From contig CABUZX010000006.1 in the NCBI GenBank assembly GCA_902496185.1, forward strand, positions 1,143 to 65,142: DNA of 64,000 nt, given 5' to 3'. The notes beneath the pieces were generated by a model, which saw only the letters and a list, made by a program, of their open reading frames with translations, did no database searches and had not been told where the DNA came from. The DNA comes from an uncultured Subdoligranulum sp. Lineage in GTDB: Bacteria > Bacillota > Clostridia > Christensenellales > CAG-314. Position 1 is the stretch's first letter. Each line of letters begins with the position of its first letter. Positions 48,689 through 58,082 of the stretch are shown here, piece by piece. A program made the translations under genes and the position numbers.

Positions 48689-49566
48689 ATTGCATATTTT
48701 ATCAAATTTTTCAGTTGAGTGTCAAGCGTACAAGCAGTTAAACAATAATTGATTTGAGTTTGCTCCAAAACAAAAAAATCTTTTTCGCCAAGCACAACGG
48801 TAATTTGATAAAAACAATTGTCCTTTAACTTTTTAAGCACCTCGTACAAAGTCGCCTCTCCGTCAAAGACTAAACATTTTTTTTCTACGCCCTTTTTTAT
48901 TGCCTGTTTGCTCGCGCCGATATAAGTTTTGCGGGAGTAAATTGCTTTTTTTGTTTCCGCGTTACTTGTCAACACCAAAAAAAATCCGAATACCCCGCAA
49001 GAATAAAAGTTTTGTTTAAACAAAATTCCCACCAAAAACACGGCAAAAAACAAACATCCCACCACTAAAGAGGCAACTCTACTAACTTTGAGCGCCCGTT
49101 TTAATCCGTGATTTTTTTTAACTGACGCAACGAAAATTCTACCGCCGTCCAACGGATAACACGGCAATAGATTGGTCAACGCAAGAGAAATATTGCAGGA
49201 GACAAAATTCGCGCTCCATACGTACGCGGAGGGAAAAACCCACCAAAGTGCCACGGTCAACGTAGCTAAAATTATATTGACAAGCGGACCGGCAATTGCA
49301 ATTTTTATACCGTCAAGACAATCTACGTCGTCAAAATCTCCGTACAGCACCGCGCCGAAAGCCGACAATTTGATACTGTGGCAATCGTATTTAAGTTTTT
49401 TGGCAACAAAAAAGTGCGCAAATTCGTGAATAAGCACACTTATTGTATACAAACCGAGCAAATATCCGCTTTTTGACAAAATAGCTACAAAAGCCAATAT
49501 CCAAAAGCTCGGCAGTACCGAAAACTCAAAAGATTGTTTATTGTTTACGTTGATTAAACCTTCCAT
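48685..49566 (-). CDS. spoIVFB: site-2 (M50) metalloprotease, SpoIVFB-like
   Basis: 293 aa. HEFAHFF (HExxH) in a TM helix and NLLPCYPLDGGRI. Sits directly after a SpoIVFA-like gene. Confidence 0.7.
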   Translation of the reverse strand: MEGLINVNNKQSFEFSVLPSFWILAFVAILSKSGYLLGLYTISVLIHEFAHFFVAKKLKYDCHSIKLSAFGAVLYGDFDDVDCLDGIKIAIAGPLVNIILATLTVALWWVFPSAYVWSANFVSCNISLALTNLLPCYPLDGGRIFVASVKKNHGLKRALKVSRVASLVVGCLFFAVFLVGILFKQNFYSCGVFGFFLVLTSNAETKKAIYSRKTYIGASKQAIKKGVEKKCLVFDGEATLYEVLKKLKDNCFYQITVVLGEKDFFVLEQTQINYCLTACTLDTQLKNLIKYAI

Positions 49567-50201
49567 ACCAACGAATAGTTGACGGTCGTAATATCCTTGA
49601 CGACTTCGCCGTCATACAATAAATTGACGCAGGCAATATCGGAATATTTGCCCAAAACGGCTTGTTCGCTTAAGCTATCTCCTACTGACACTAAAACTTT
49701 GGTAAGTCCACTGTAAACTATCTGTAATTTGTCGTCTACTGCAACCGTAACTGTAGTTTCTGTGGCGTCGCTTACCGTACCCTTTTTAAAGTTTAGCAAA
49801 ACCTTACCGCCGGTGACGGAAACCGTACCGTTATCTACGCTATCAACCGTTACGTTTATCGGTAGATTTATCGTATCGTCTATTCGTTGTTGCTCGGCAA
49901 TAACTTGCACGATATTTTGATTGTAGCCCGATTTAGCCAACGCAAATACTTCGCCAGCAAAACCGTTTTCTACAAAATTCATTGCAATCAAAGTACCCAA
50001 CACCAAAACACAAACAAAACTGCGTACTATCCATTTTTTTGCGCCGGACAAGGCGTTTGTTTGCCTGTTTAGCCTTGAATTTATCCTAACAAAGGACAAA
50101 GCGTCTTGTTCTTCCTGAATATAATTTCTTTGAGAATAACTGATATCCAGCCAATCGTCTTCTGTTGCTACACACTCGCAGAGTTTAACGTCTTCGTTCA
50201 T
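49554..50201 (-). CDS. SpoIVFA-like membrane protein with degenerate M23/LytM domain
   Basis: 215 aa. One TM helix and a C-terminal beta-rich segment (VTVAVDDKLQIVYSGLTKVLVSVGDSL..LGKY) that lacks the catalytic His residues. Position is between minD and the M50 protease, as in Bacillus. Confidence 0.5.
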   Translation of the reverse strand: MNEDVKLCECVATEDDWLDISYSQRNYIQEEQDALSFVRINSRLNRQTNALSGAKKWIVRSFVCVLVLGTLIAMNFVENGFAGEVFALAKSGYNQNIVQVIAEQQRIDDTINLPINVTVDSVDNGTVSVTGGKVLLNFKKGTVSDATETTVTVAVDDKLQIVYSGLTKVLVSVGDSLSEQAVLGKYSDIACVNLLYDGEVVKDITTVNYSLVWKV

Positions 50202-50279
50202 AATAATCCCCCTAAATGTTTGTCTTTAGATATTATGTAACAACTAAAAAAATTATACCCAATTTTTGGTTTTTTGATT

Positions 50280-51044
50280 TTACGCATTACGCTTGAGTTT
50301 GGAACGCAGTTTTGCAAACAAGCCGTTGTACTCTTTAAGATAATTATACATAGTTTGTTTGCCGTTTATGAGATTATCTGCCAAAACGTCAAAAAACTTG
50401 CTTTCCTTACGGCAAAAACCGTTTAAAGCGTCCACCTCAGGGACTATCCCCAACGGAGTCAAACCAAGTCGCGCAAATACCTCGTGCGCCGACATTTGAA
50501 ATCCGGATTTTACAAGGTCGCCCCTTACCCTATTTGCTATTGCATAAATTTTGATGGGCGAAAACTTTTTTGCGTATTCTACTACCGCTTGCGCGTCCTT
50601 TATGCAAACAAAATGCGGAGTTACGACGGTCAAAACTTCATCCGTAAGTTTTAGCGCAAAGTCCAACGTCTCGTTTACGCCTGCTCCGCAATCAAACAAG
50701 ATATAATCAAAGGCATTTTGCTCTCTTTTTATAAGACTGCTAAAATTGTAAAAGTTTGATTTAGTAGGCGCAAAGCTTCCGCTAATTAAGCAATAAAGAT
50801 TGGGCATTTTTGCGTCCGCCACCAAAGCTTGCCTAAAACGACATTTTTTATTTACAACGTCGGCTATATCAAACACTATATTATCTTGACAACTCAAAAG
50901 CAAGTCGAGACTGTTTAATCCAAAGTCAAGATCAACAAGCAAAACTCGTTTGCATTGTTTTGCCAACGCAAAGCCGAGATTTGCCGTTATCGTACTTTTA
51001 CCTACGCCACCTTTGCCACTAAGTATACAAATTTTTCTTGCCAT
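50280..51044 (-). CDS. minD: septum site-determining ATPase MinD
   Basis: 254 aa. Deviant Walker A SGKGGVGKS and a C-terminal amphipathic helix GLFAKLRSKLKR. Confidence 0.8.
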   Translation of the reverse strand: MARKICILSGKGGVGKSTITANLGFALAKQCKRVLLVDLDFGLNSLDLLLSCQDNIVFDIADVVNKKCRFRQALVADAKMPNLYCLISGSFAPTKSNFYNFSSLIKREQNAFDYILFDCGAGVNETLDFALKLTDEVLTVVTPHFVCIKDAQAVVEYAKKFSPIKIYAIANRVRGDLVKSGFQMSAHEVFARLGLTPLGIVPEVDALNGFCRKESKFFDVLADNLINGKQTMYNYLKEYNGLFAKLRSKLKRNA

Positions 51045-51147
51045 AATATCACTCCTTTGAGTATTATAGCAATAACAAAATAATTAGTAATAACAAAAGC
51101 AAAATCAGTCAAAAATACCTATTTTTTTTAATCTTTGGTTTTTGTTG

Positions 51148-51176
51148 TTGACAATCAAAGCAAATAAATATAAAAT
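51148..51176 (+). promoter_or_regulatory. sigma-A-type promoter, (near-)leaderless configuration (ATP-grasp pair)
   Basis: TTGACA-17 nt-TAAAAT, then 8 nt (TAATTGAT), then ATG. No Shine-Dalgarno sequence. Confidence 0.5.
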
Positions 51177-51184
51177 TAATTGAT

Positions 51185-52063
51185 ATGAACTCGCAAAAAA
51201 ACGGCTGGATAATAATAAACAATCTTCATACGACTTCGCCCAAGTTTGTGGAAACTTGCGACGCTTTTTTTGACGCCTGCAAAAATAACGGCGTAACTTT
51301 GACACGCAAAACAAACTTCGATTTTGTGGACGTTTTAAACAAAAACTTTTCAAAACCGGATTTCGTTTTGTTTTGGGACAAGGATATAAGATTGGCAAAA
51401 CAGCTGGAAAAACTCAATATTCGTGTCTTTAACAAAGCCGACGCAATCGAACAATGCAACGACAAATCCATTACTTACTTAAAGCTTTTAAACCACGGTA
51501 TCGCAATGCCTAAAACTATCGTTGCGCCTATGGTTTATTATCCGCAAGAGTGGCAAAATACCTCTTTTATAAAGGACGCGGAAGAAGCGCTTTGTTACCC
51601 TATCGTCGCAAAAGAATGTTACGGTTCTTTTGGAAAACAAGTATTTTTGTGTTCGAACAGAAAAGAACTTTTAGAAGTAATAAACGGCTTTGCAAAACGA
51701 CCGTTTTTGTTGCAGGAATTTATTTCTTTTAGCGCAGGTAAGGATTTGAGACTACAAGTCGTTGGAAATCAGGTAATTGCCACAATGATGCGCTACAATG
51801 ACAACGACTTTAGGGCAAACGTTACAAACGGCGGAAAAATGAAAGCTTTTGTCCCGACAAAGGAACAAACGGAAATGGCGCTCAAAGCGTGCAATATCCT
51901 TGACTTGGACTTTGGCGGTGTGGATATTTTGTTTGGCAAAGACGATAAACCAATTCTCTGCGAGGTAAACTCCAACGCGCATTTTATTAACCTTTATAAT
52001 TGCACGGGAGTAAACGTTGCCGACGCAATCATAAAGTACGTTTTAAGGGAAATAAACAAATGA
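51185..52063 (+). CDS. RimK-type ATP-grasp ligase, paralogue 1
   Basis: 292 aa. ATP-grasp pattern: CNDKSITYLKL, IVAKECYGSFGKQV, LLQEFI, DFRANVTNGG and GVDILF...EVNSNA. Confidence 0.75.
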   Translation: MNSQKNGWIIINNLHTTSPKFVETCDAFFDACKNNGVTLTRKTNFDFVDVLNKNFSKPDFVLFWDKDIRLAKQLEKLNIRVFNKADAIEQCNDKSITYLKLLNHGIAMPKTIVAPMVYYPQEWQNTSFIKDAEEALCYPIVAKECYGSFGKQVFLCSNRKELLEVINGFAKRPFLLQEFISFSAGKDLRLQVVGNQVIATMMRYNDNDFRANVTNGGKMKAFVPTKEQTEMALKACNILDLDFGGVDILFGKDDKPILCEVNSNAHFINLYNCTGVNVADAIIKYVLREINK

Positions 52064-52908
52064 AAAAAGGTTGGTTAATTTATACGCGTTTTGAAGCGCA
52101 AAGAAACGATTTTTTTGTAAATCAACTTTTGCAAAATGCAAAAAAATTTGATATTGAGTTAACTCTTTTGATAAAAGAAACTTTACGGTTAACTAACGAA
52201 CAAAACGGGCTTTTTTTGACCTGCGACGACAAAAGGCTACCCGACGCAGATTTTGCAATAGTCAGAACAAACGATTTTTTGCTTTCCTTTCAGTTAGAAC
52301 AAATGGGTTTAAGGGTTTTTAACAACTCACGTACTTCCCTTATTGCCAACGACAAATATCTCACTTATTGTTTTGCAACAAATTTAAACATACCAACTCC
52401 CGACACTTTATTGATAGAAAAATCAAACGAAAATTGGCAAAACCTTGAACAAGGGCTTTTTCCTATGATTGCAAAACCTCTCAATCAAAAAGGCGGTAAA
52501 GACGTCGTTTTACTTTCAACTTACGAGGATTTTTTGCAACAATCAAAATCTTTTGCCGATAAATTTTTATTACAAAAACCCGCAAAGCTCGGCTTGGATA
52601 TGAGAGTTTACGTTTTAGGCAAAAAAATCCTACTTGGAGTAAAAAGGACTTCCGACACAGACTTCCGTAGCAACTTTTGTCTCGGAGGACACGCCACTGT
52701 ATCAAAACCGAATTTTCAACAACTTGAGATTATTGACGCCATACTCAAAAATCTCGACGCGGATTATATCGGTATTGACTTTTTGTTTGACGGAAACAAA
52801 GTTTTGCTCAACGAGTTGGAAGACGTTGTCGGCGCGCGAATGATTTACACGTTGACGGATATTAATCCCGCGATAGAATTTTTAAAAATTATTGCTCAAA
52901 AAATTTAA
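52060..52908 (+). CDS. RimK-type ATP-grasp ligase, paralogue 2 (divergent)
   Basis: Start at the ATG in an ATGA overlap with paralogue 1 (MKKGWLIYTRF...). Contains ANDKYLTY, IAKPLNQKGGKDV, DFRSNFCLGG and GIDFLF...ELED. Confidence 0.7.
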   Translation: MKKGWLIYTRFEAQRNDFFVNQLLQNAKKFDIELTLLIKETLRLTNEQNGLFLTCDDKRLPDADFAIVRTNDFLLSFQLEQMGLRVFNNSRTSLIANDKYLTYCFATNLNIPTPDTLLIEKSNENWQNLEQGLFPMIAKPLNQKGGKDVVLLSTYEDFLQQSKSFADKFLLQKPAKLGLDMRVYVLGKKILLGVKRTSDTDFRSNFCLGGHATVSKPNFQQLEIIDAILKNLDADYIGIDFLFDGNKVLLNELEDVVGARMIYTLTDINPAIEFLKIIAQKI

Positions 52909-52944
52909 TTCAATTTTAATTAAAAATTAACCAAAAAAAACAGC

Positions 52945-52978
52945 AAAAAGCGAAAAGAAAATCCCTTTTCGCTTTTTA
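52945..52978. terminator. bidirectional terminator (ATP-grasp pair / spoIVA convergent)
   Basis: AGCGAAAAG-AAAATCC-CTTTTCGCT, flanked by A and T runs. Confidence 0.75.
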
Positions 52979-53017
52979 TATCGTATTTAAGCCCCTAATA
53001 TTGATTATGGCGGGCAA

Positions 53018-54490
53018 TTAAAGAAGAAAACAAATCAGTCCACCCTTGTTTTCGTTGACTATTCTGCCTACCGTCTTGCGAATTTTTGCGCGAGCTTCTT
53101 GGGGCATACCGGCAACTTTTGTGCCGAGACTTTCCTTTGCAAGGTCGCTCATACTTTTGCCAAACATATTTGTATTCCATATACCCTGTGGGTCGTTTTG
53201 AAACTCGCTCAACAAATATTGGCTTTGTTGCTCCGTACCCACCATCGGATTGACTTCCGTCGTAACGTCCACCTTCATAATATGCCAACTTGGAGCGCTG
53301 GCTTTGAGTTTTACTCCGTACTTGCTACCCTGTTTGACAATTTCGGGAGCAAGCATTTCCATACTTTCGAGAGTAGGATTGACAACGCCGTAACCACTTT
53401 GCTCGGCTTCTTCTAACGCGGAAGAAAATTTTTCGTACTTTTCGCAGGCGTAAGCAGTTTTAGAAACAAAACTCATAAGGTCGTATTCGTCCTCTATGGG
53501 TTGTTTTGCGTAATCGCTCAAAACCTTATAAAAGAGATTTTCTTTAGGATTAACGACGTATTTAATCGTACCTTCGCCCAAACTTATTTCGCTAAGTGCG
53601 GGAGCGCTTACGTTTTCGTCCTCTTGAGAATTTTGCAAAAGCTTTTGATAATCCTTCATCTTGTACATATCACATATAGCAGAACGTACGTTTTTGATGA
53701 TTGATTCTATCACAAAATTATCCATAGGCAAAGTGCGCATCCACTTTGGCATATCAACGACGATTTTTTTGATAGGAAACTCCTCGGTAAGAGCAGAAAG
53801 AACCTGCTCGCATATTTCTGCCGTCATATTTTGAACAGACGTGGCAATTACCTTTGCTCCGTGTCGCAATTCTAACGCTTCTGCAAGAGCTTTGCACTCG
53901 TTGGAATCGGGATTTTTGCTGTTTAAAACTATCACGAAAGGTTTTTTGAGAGCTTTCAGCTCGTTTATTACTCTTTCTTCCGCGGTGACGTAATTGGCGC
54001 GCGGAATATCGGCAATAGTTCCGTCGTTTGTAACGATAACCGCCACCGTTGAGTGCTCGCTTACCACTTTTTGCGTACCAATTTCCGCAGCTTTATCAAA
54101 GGGCATTGGCTCGTTTGACCACGGCGTATTGACCATACGCGGTTGGTCGTCGGCATTATCCTTTGCTCCTTCAACCATATAACCTACGCAATCAATCAGC
54201 CTTACGTTTGCCGAAACGGCGCTACCAAAAGTAATTTTAACCGCTTCGTTAGGCACAAACTTGGGCTGAGTAGTCATGACCATTTTTCCGTCTGCCGATT
54301 GAGGCAATTCGTCTATCGCTCTCTTTTTTACGTTTTTGTTTTTGACGTTTGGCAACACCACGTTTTCCATAAATTTAGTAATAAAGGTGGATTTGCCCGT
54401 ACGCACGGGACCTACTACGCCTATATACAAATCTCCGTTTGTACGTGTTGCAATGTCATTATAAATTTCCAGACTTGCTTTTTTGTCCAT
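53018..54490 (-). CDS. spoIVA: stage IV sporulation protein A (spore coat morphogenetic ATPase)
   Basis: IYNDIATRTNGDLYIGVVGPVRTGKSTFITKFM... Start at ATG 54490, 11 nt after a GGAGG Shine-Dalgarno sequence. ATG 54499 is too close to the Shine-Dalgarno sequence. Confidence 0.9.
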   Translation of the reverse strand: MDKKASLEIYNDIATRTNGDLYIGVVGPVRTGKSTFITKFMENVVLPNVKNKNVKKRAIDELPQSADGKMVMTTQPKFVPNEAVKITFGSAVSANVRLIDCVGYMVEGAKDNADDQPRMVNTPWSNEPMPFDKAAEIGTQKVVSEHSTVAVIVTNDGTIADIPRANYVTAEERVINELKALKKPFVIVLNSKNPDSNECKALAEALELRHGAKVIATSVQNMTAEICEQVLSALTEEFPIKKIVVDMPKWMRTLPMDNFVIESIIKNVRSAICDMYKMKDYQKLLQNSQEDENVSAPALSEISLGEGTIKYVVNPKENLFYKVLSDYAKQPIEDEYDLMSFVSKTAYACEKYEKFSSALEEAEQSGYGVVNPTLESMEMLAPEIVKQGSKYGVKLKASAPSWHIMKVDVTTEVNPMVGTEQQSQYLLSEFQNDPQGIWNTNMFGKSMSDLAKESLGTKVAGMPQEARAKIRKTVGRIVNENKGGLICFLL

Positions 54491-54578
54491 TTGTACCATT
54501 ACCTCCGCTATTTTTCCATATACACTATGCTCAAAAAAAACAAATAGAACTTATTAGCAATCAAAAATTATCGCGCAA

Positions 54579-54608
54579 ACAAAAAACGCAGTCCGTTGAT
54601 GACTGCGT
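54579..54608 (-). terminator. intrinsic terminator after plsY
   Basis: Minus strand reads ACGCAGTC-ATCAACG-GACTGCGT followed by TTTTTTG. Confidence 0.75.
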
Positions 54609-54616
54609 CTATATAT

Positions 54617-55396
54617 TTATTTCAAATTGTTTTTGTCCTGAACGTCTTTTTTATTATCAGTCGTAGTATCGACAGTATCGTTTTGAATTGATTTGTCGCA
54701 AGACTTCTTTTTCATCAAAGCCTTTCTAAAGCCCGAAGGATTTTCATTTCCGCGAATCAATCGCAAAATATTTGTTCCGTGGGCGGAAACTACCAAAAGC
54801 CACAACAATATAACCACTATCAATATAGGCAAAGTAATTGCGTGCGAAAAAGAAGCAATTTCCGCAAAAATACCGACGTAAGCAAGTATATGAAAGACAA
54901 GTTCCGCAGTAATATAAAACAGCGCAAATACCGACATCCTGTCGCAAAGCAACAGTATAACAAAGCCTATTGCAATAATAACCAACGTAGGCAACGGCTG
55001 AACCACCAACATAATGCCTATGCTGGTTGCAAAACCTTTTCCACCTTTAAATTTCATAAACACGGGCAAAACGTGTCCTACCGTTACGCACAACGCGCTG
55101 AGATACATTGCAAAACGATATATTTCCACCGCGCCGTAAGTTATATAATAAAAAATAACTCTCGTCAAAAGTACAGGTATGACACCCTTTATCATATCGC
55201 AAATAAGAGTGACCGCGCCCATCTTCAATCCAAAAACGCGCATCATATTAGTCGTGCCGGGATTTTTGCTACCTTGCTGTCTAATATCCTGATGTTTTAC
55301 TTTATTGCTTATTATAACGGCTGAATTTATGTTACCTATAAAGTAACTAACTATACCCATCAAAATCAATTGCCACAAAAAATCGCTTATTTTCAT
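54617..55396 (-). CDS. plsY: glycerol-3-phosphate acyltransferase PlsY (with roughly 45-aa hydrophilic C-terminal tail)
   Basis: 259 aa, with GSKNPGTTN and GHVLPVFMKFKGGKGFAT motifs. Confidence 0.9.
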   Translation of the reverse strand: MKISDFLWQLILMGIVSYFIGNINSAVIISNKVKHQDIRQQGSKNPGTTNMMRVFGLKMGAVTLICDMIKGVIPVLLTRVIFYYITYGAVEIYRFAMYLSALCVTVGHVLPVFMKFKGGKGFATSIGIMLVVQPLPTLVIIAIGFVILLLCDRMSVFALFYITAELVFHILAYVGIFAEIASFSHAITLPILIVVILLWLLVVSAHGTNILRLIRGNENPSGFRKALMKKKSCDKSIQNDTVDTTTDNKKDVQDKNNLK

Positions 55397-56709
55397 TTAT
55401 CTTCTCCTCCGCCACGTACAATGAGTTTGATTGGCGTGCCGTCCAATGCAAAAGCCTTACGCAAATAATTTTCAAGATACCTGCGGTACGAAAAATGCAT
55501 TAGTTCTGCGTCGTTTACAAACAAAACAAAAGTGGGCGGATTTGTCGTTGGTTGCGTGGCAAACTTTATCTTGAGCCTTCTACCGCTTTTTGAAGGTGGC
55601 TCTACTGCAGAAACCGCGTCGGCAATAACTTCGTTTAGTAAGCCCGTTGTTGCTCGGAAGGAAGATTTTTCGTAAACTTCTACAGCCAACTCCATCAGTT
55701 TATTCAGCCTTTGCCCAGTAAGCGCCGATACGGTAATTGATTTGAAATAATCCATAAACGCCAAATTACAAAGCATTTTTTCCTTAAATTTTTCCACCGT
55801 AAAAGTATCTTTTTCAATCAAATCCCACTTATTTACGACTATTATACTCGGTTTGCCCTGTTCGTGAACGTATCCTGCAATTTTTACGTCCTGTTCGGAC
55901 AAGTTTTCCGTTGCGTCAAATACAACGAAACAAACGTCGGCGCGACGCACTGCGTCAAGACTACGCATAACGGAATATCTTTCGAGACTTTCATCCTCGA
56001 TACTTCTTTTGCGTCTAATGCCTGCCGTATCTATTAAAATATATTTCTTTCCGTCCAATTCAAAGGGGGTATCTATTGAATCTCTCGTCGTACCTGCAAT
56101 ATCAGTAACGATACTGCGGTCATAACCCAAAAGCTTGTTTACCAATGATGATTTGCCTGCGTTTGGTTTACCAACTACGGCAATTTTTAAGGCTTGCTCG
56201 TCGTCATTTTGCTCAACGTAAGGAAAAGCTTTTACCACTTCGTCAAGCAAATCGCCTATGCCTTGCATATGTTCAGCAGATATTGCAAAAGCGTCCAAAC
56301 CCATGCAATAATAGTCTGTCATATCAAAGGTAGAATAATTGTCAACCTTGTTTACCACTAAAAACAACGGCTTGTTGGTTTTGCGCAAAAGATGCGCCAC
56401 TTCTTGGTCTTCGGCGGTCAATCCGTATTTGCCGTCAACAAAAAACAAAATAACGTCGGCAAGATCTATAGCAATTTCTACCTGCTTAAAAATATGACCT
56501 TGCATCATGTCGTCGCTCTTTAATTGAATTCCGCCGGTATCTACAAGACAAAATTCTTTATTTTGCCACTCGGCGTCACCGTAGAGCCTGTCACGCGTGA
56601 CTCCCGGTTCGTTTGAAACTATTGAAATACGGCGTCCGCAAACCTTGTTGAAAAACGTTGACTTTCCAACGTTTGGTTTGCCCACTATCGCCACCAACGG
56701 TTTACTCAT
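55393..56709 (-). CDS. der: ribosome-biogenesis GTPase Der (EngA)
   Basis: 438 aa with two G domains (GKPNVGKST, GKPNAGKSS) and a KH-like C-terminus. Confidence 0.95.
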   Translation of the reverse strand: MSKPLVAIVGKPNVGKSTFFNKVCGRRISIVSNEPGVTRDRLYGDAEWQNKEFCLVDTGGIQLKSDDMMQGHIFKQVEIAIDLADVILFFVDGKYGLTAEDQEVAHLLRKTNKPLFLVVNKVDNYSTFDMTDYYCMGLDAFAISAEHMQGIGDLLDEVVKAFPYVEQNDDEQALKIAVVGKPNAGKSSLVNKLLGYDRSIVTDIAGTTRDSIDTPFELDGKKYILIDTAGIRRKRSIEDESLERYSVMRSLDAVRRADVCFVVFDATENLSEQDVKIAGYVHEQGKPSIIVVNKWDLIEKDTFTVEKFKEKMLCNLAFMDYFKSITVSALTGQRLNKLMELAVEVYEKSSFRATTGLLNEVIADAVSAVEPPSKSGRRLKIKFATQPTTNPPTFVLFVNDAELMHFSYRRYLENYLRKAFALDGTPIKLIVRGGGEDK

Positions 56710-58009
56710 AAAAATCTCCTTTGCACAAAGCGCTTACGAAGGAAAAACCGTCGCAATCCACTACTTTGACGGTTTTACGCAAAGCTTTGGAAAACTCCGC
56801 TAAGGTCATTCCGTCCAAAAAAACATCCTGGGTTTCTTTCATCATAACTTTTGGTATAATTACGGTACGGAAAAGCTTTTGCCCTTTAAGTTGATTTGCC
56901 ATATCTAAACCCGTCAACAACCCCGCTACCGTGACGGTTTTACCAAAAAAGTTGTTGACCATAGTTTTGACTTCTATCTTGATTTTAGGAAAACGTTGCT
57001 TTAGCTTATCGCAAAGCATTTGTATAGTCGAAGTTGCAGATTCGCCCGTCAATATTGTAAAACCGCCGTGTTTATATGACTTTGCAAATGACAAAGCGCA
57101 ATCAAACTCGTCGACCATTTTAGTAATAAGCCCCACGCCGTTTTCTATTTGGTCGTATTCTCCGTAAAATTCTGCCGACGGAAGCTGTCTTTCCGCGCGT
57201 AAGTACATTTCGTCCGAACAAAAAACAAAATGCTCGCGGGTGGCTTTATAAACATTGCCATCAAACTGCTCGCAAATATCCAAAACGGCTTGCGCCTGTT
57301 GTTTATTGACGGGTTGCAAAGGATATAAATCCTGACGGTAACTAGTCAACCCTACCGGTACTACTGCAACAGACTTTACGGCTGGATATAATCCGTATAA
57401 ATCATTTAACGTCTTTTGCAAAACTTCGCCGTCGTTGACGGAAGCGCAAACAACTATTTGCGTATGCATAACTATACCGTTGTCGGCAAAGTATTTAAGC
57501 AACGGTAAAAGCGGTTGCGCGTTTGGGTTGCCCAACATAAAACGCCTAACGGTGTCGTCCGTTGCGTGCACACTGACAAATATCGGGCTGAATTTTTTTT
57601 GCGCTATACGCTCTTTTTCGCCTTCTTTTAAATTAGTAAGAGTTACGTACGTGCCCGACGCAAAGGACAGTCTCCAATCGTCGTCTTTGACGTACAAAGT
57701 TTTGCGTTGATTTTTAGGAAGTTGGTCGACAAAACAAAAGATACATTTATTTGCGCAACCTCTCGGCGTAAGATAACAATAATCCTCAAAGGAAAATCCG
57801 AGAGTTTCGTAATCCGCCTTATTGACGTTGACGTCAAAAATACGTCCGTCTCTTTGTACTGTCAAAACAAAACTCTCTTGTCCGTCAAAATATTCAAAAT
57901 CCAGAAGATCGGCAATAGGCTGACCGTTTATTGCCACCAAATTATCGCCTTTTTTGACGTTATAATTGATACCGACGCCGTTTTTGTCTACTTCTAAAAC
58001 TTTTAGCAT
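56702..58009 (-). CDS. DUF512 protein (PDZ + radical-SAM-like)
   Basis: Start at MLKVLEVDKNG. The upstream TTG start would lie inside a terminator hairpin. Contains a CANKCIFCFVDQ motif. Confidence 0.75.
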   Translation of the reverse strand: MLKVLEVDKNGVGINYNVKKGDNLVAINGQPIADLLDFEYFDGQESFVLTVQRDGRIFDVNVNKADYETLGFSFEDYCYLTPRGCANKCIFCFVDQLPKNQRKTLYVKDDDWRLSFASGTYVTLTNLKEGEKERIAQKKFSPIFVSVHATDDTVRRFMLGNPNAQPLLPLLKYFADNGIVMHTQIVVCASVNDGEVLQKTLNDLYGLYPAVKSVAVVPVGLTSYRQDLYPLQPVNKQQAQAVLDICEQFDGNVYKATREHFVFCSDEMYLRAERQLPSAEFYGEYDQIENGVGLITKMVDEFDCALSFAKSYKHGGFTILTGESATSTIQMLCDKLKQRFPKIKIEVKTMVNNFFGKTVTVAGLLTGLDMANQLKGQKLFRTVIIPKVMMKETQDVFLDGMTLAEFSKALRKTVKVVDCDGFSFVSALCKGDFYE

Positions 58010-58032
58010 TTTTTTACCCTGCAAATTATTTG

Positions 58033-58068
58033 AAAAAACCCGCAATAAGTGCGGGTTGTTTTTTTTGG
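58033..58068 (-). terminator. intrinsic terminator after the PPIase gene
   Basis: Minus strand reads AACCCGC-ACTTATT-GCGGGTT followed by TTTTC. Confidence 0.65.
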
Positions 58069-58082
58069 TTTATATGCAATAC

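Noticed and set aside
54500-54578. A sigma-E-type promoter upstream of spoIVA.
   Set aside because: It is expected biologically. The only candidate (CATAGTGT as -10, with an ATA-like -35) is a weak match with uncertain spacing, and I cannot support it from sequence alone.
56702-58045. N-terminally extended ORF versions beginning at non-ATG codons (DUF512 at 58045, SPOR-like at 16971, ATP-grasp 2 at 52000, RluA-family at 59874, purL at 30468, purN at 34383, GlpA-like at 43332).
   Set aside because: The extensions overlap terminator hairpins, promoters or the preceding gene. The internal ATGs restore canonical N-termini, Shine-Dalgarno spacing or ATGA-type coupling.
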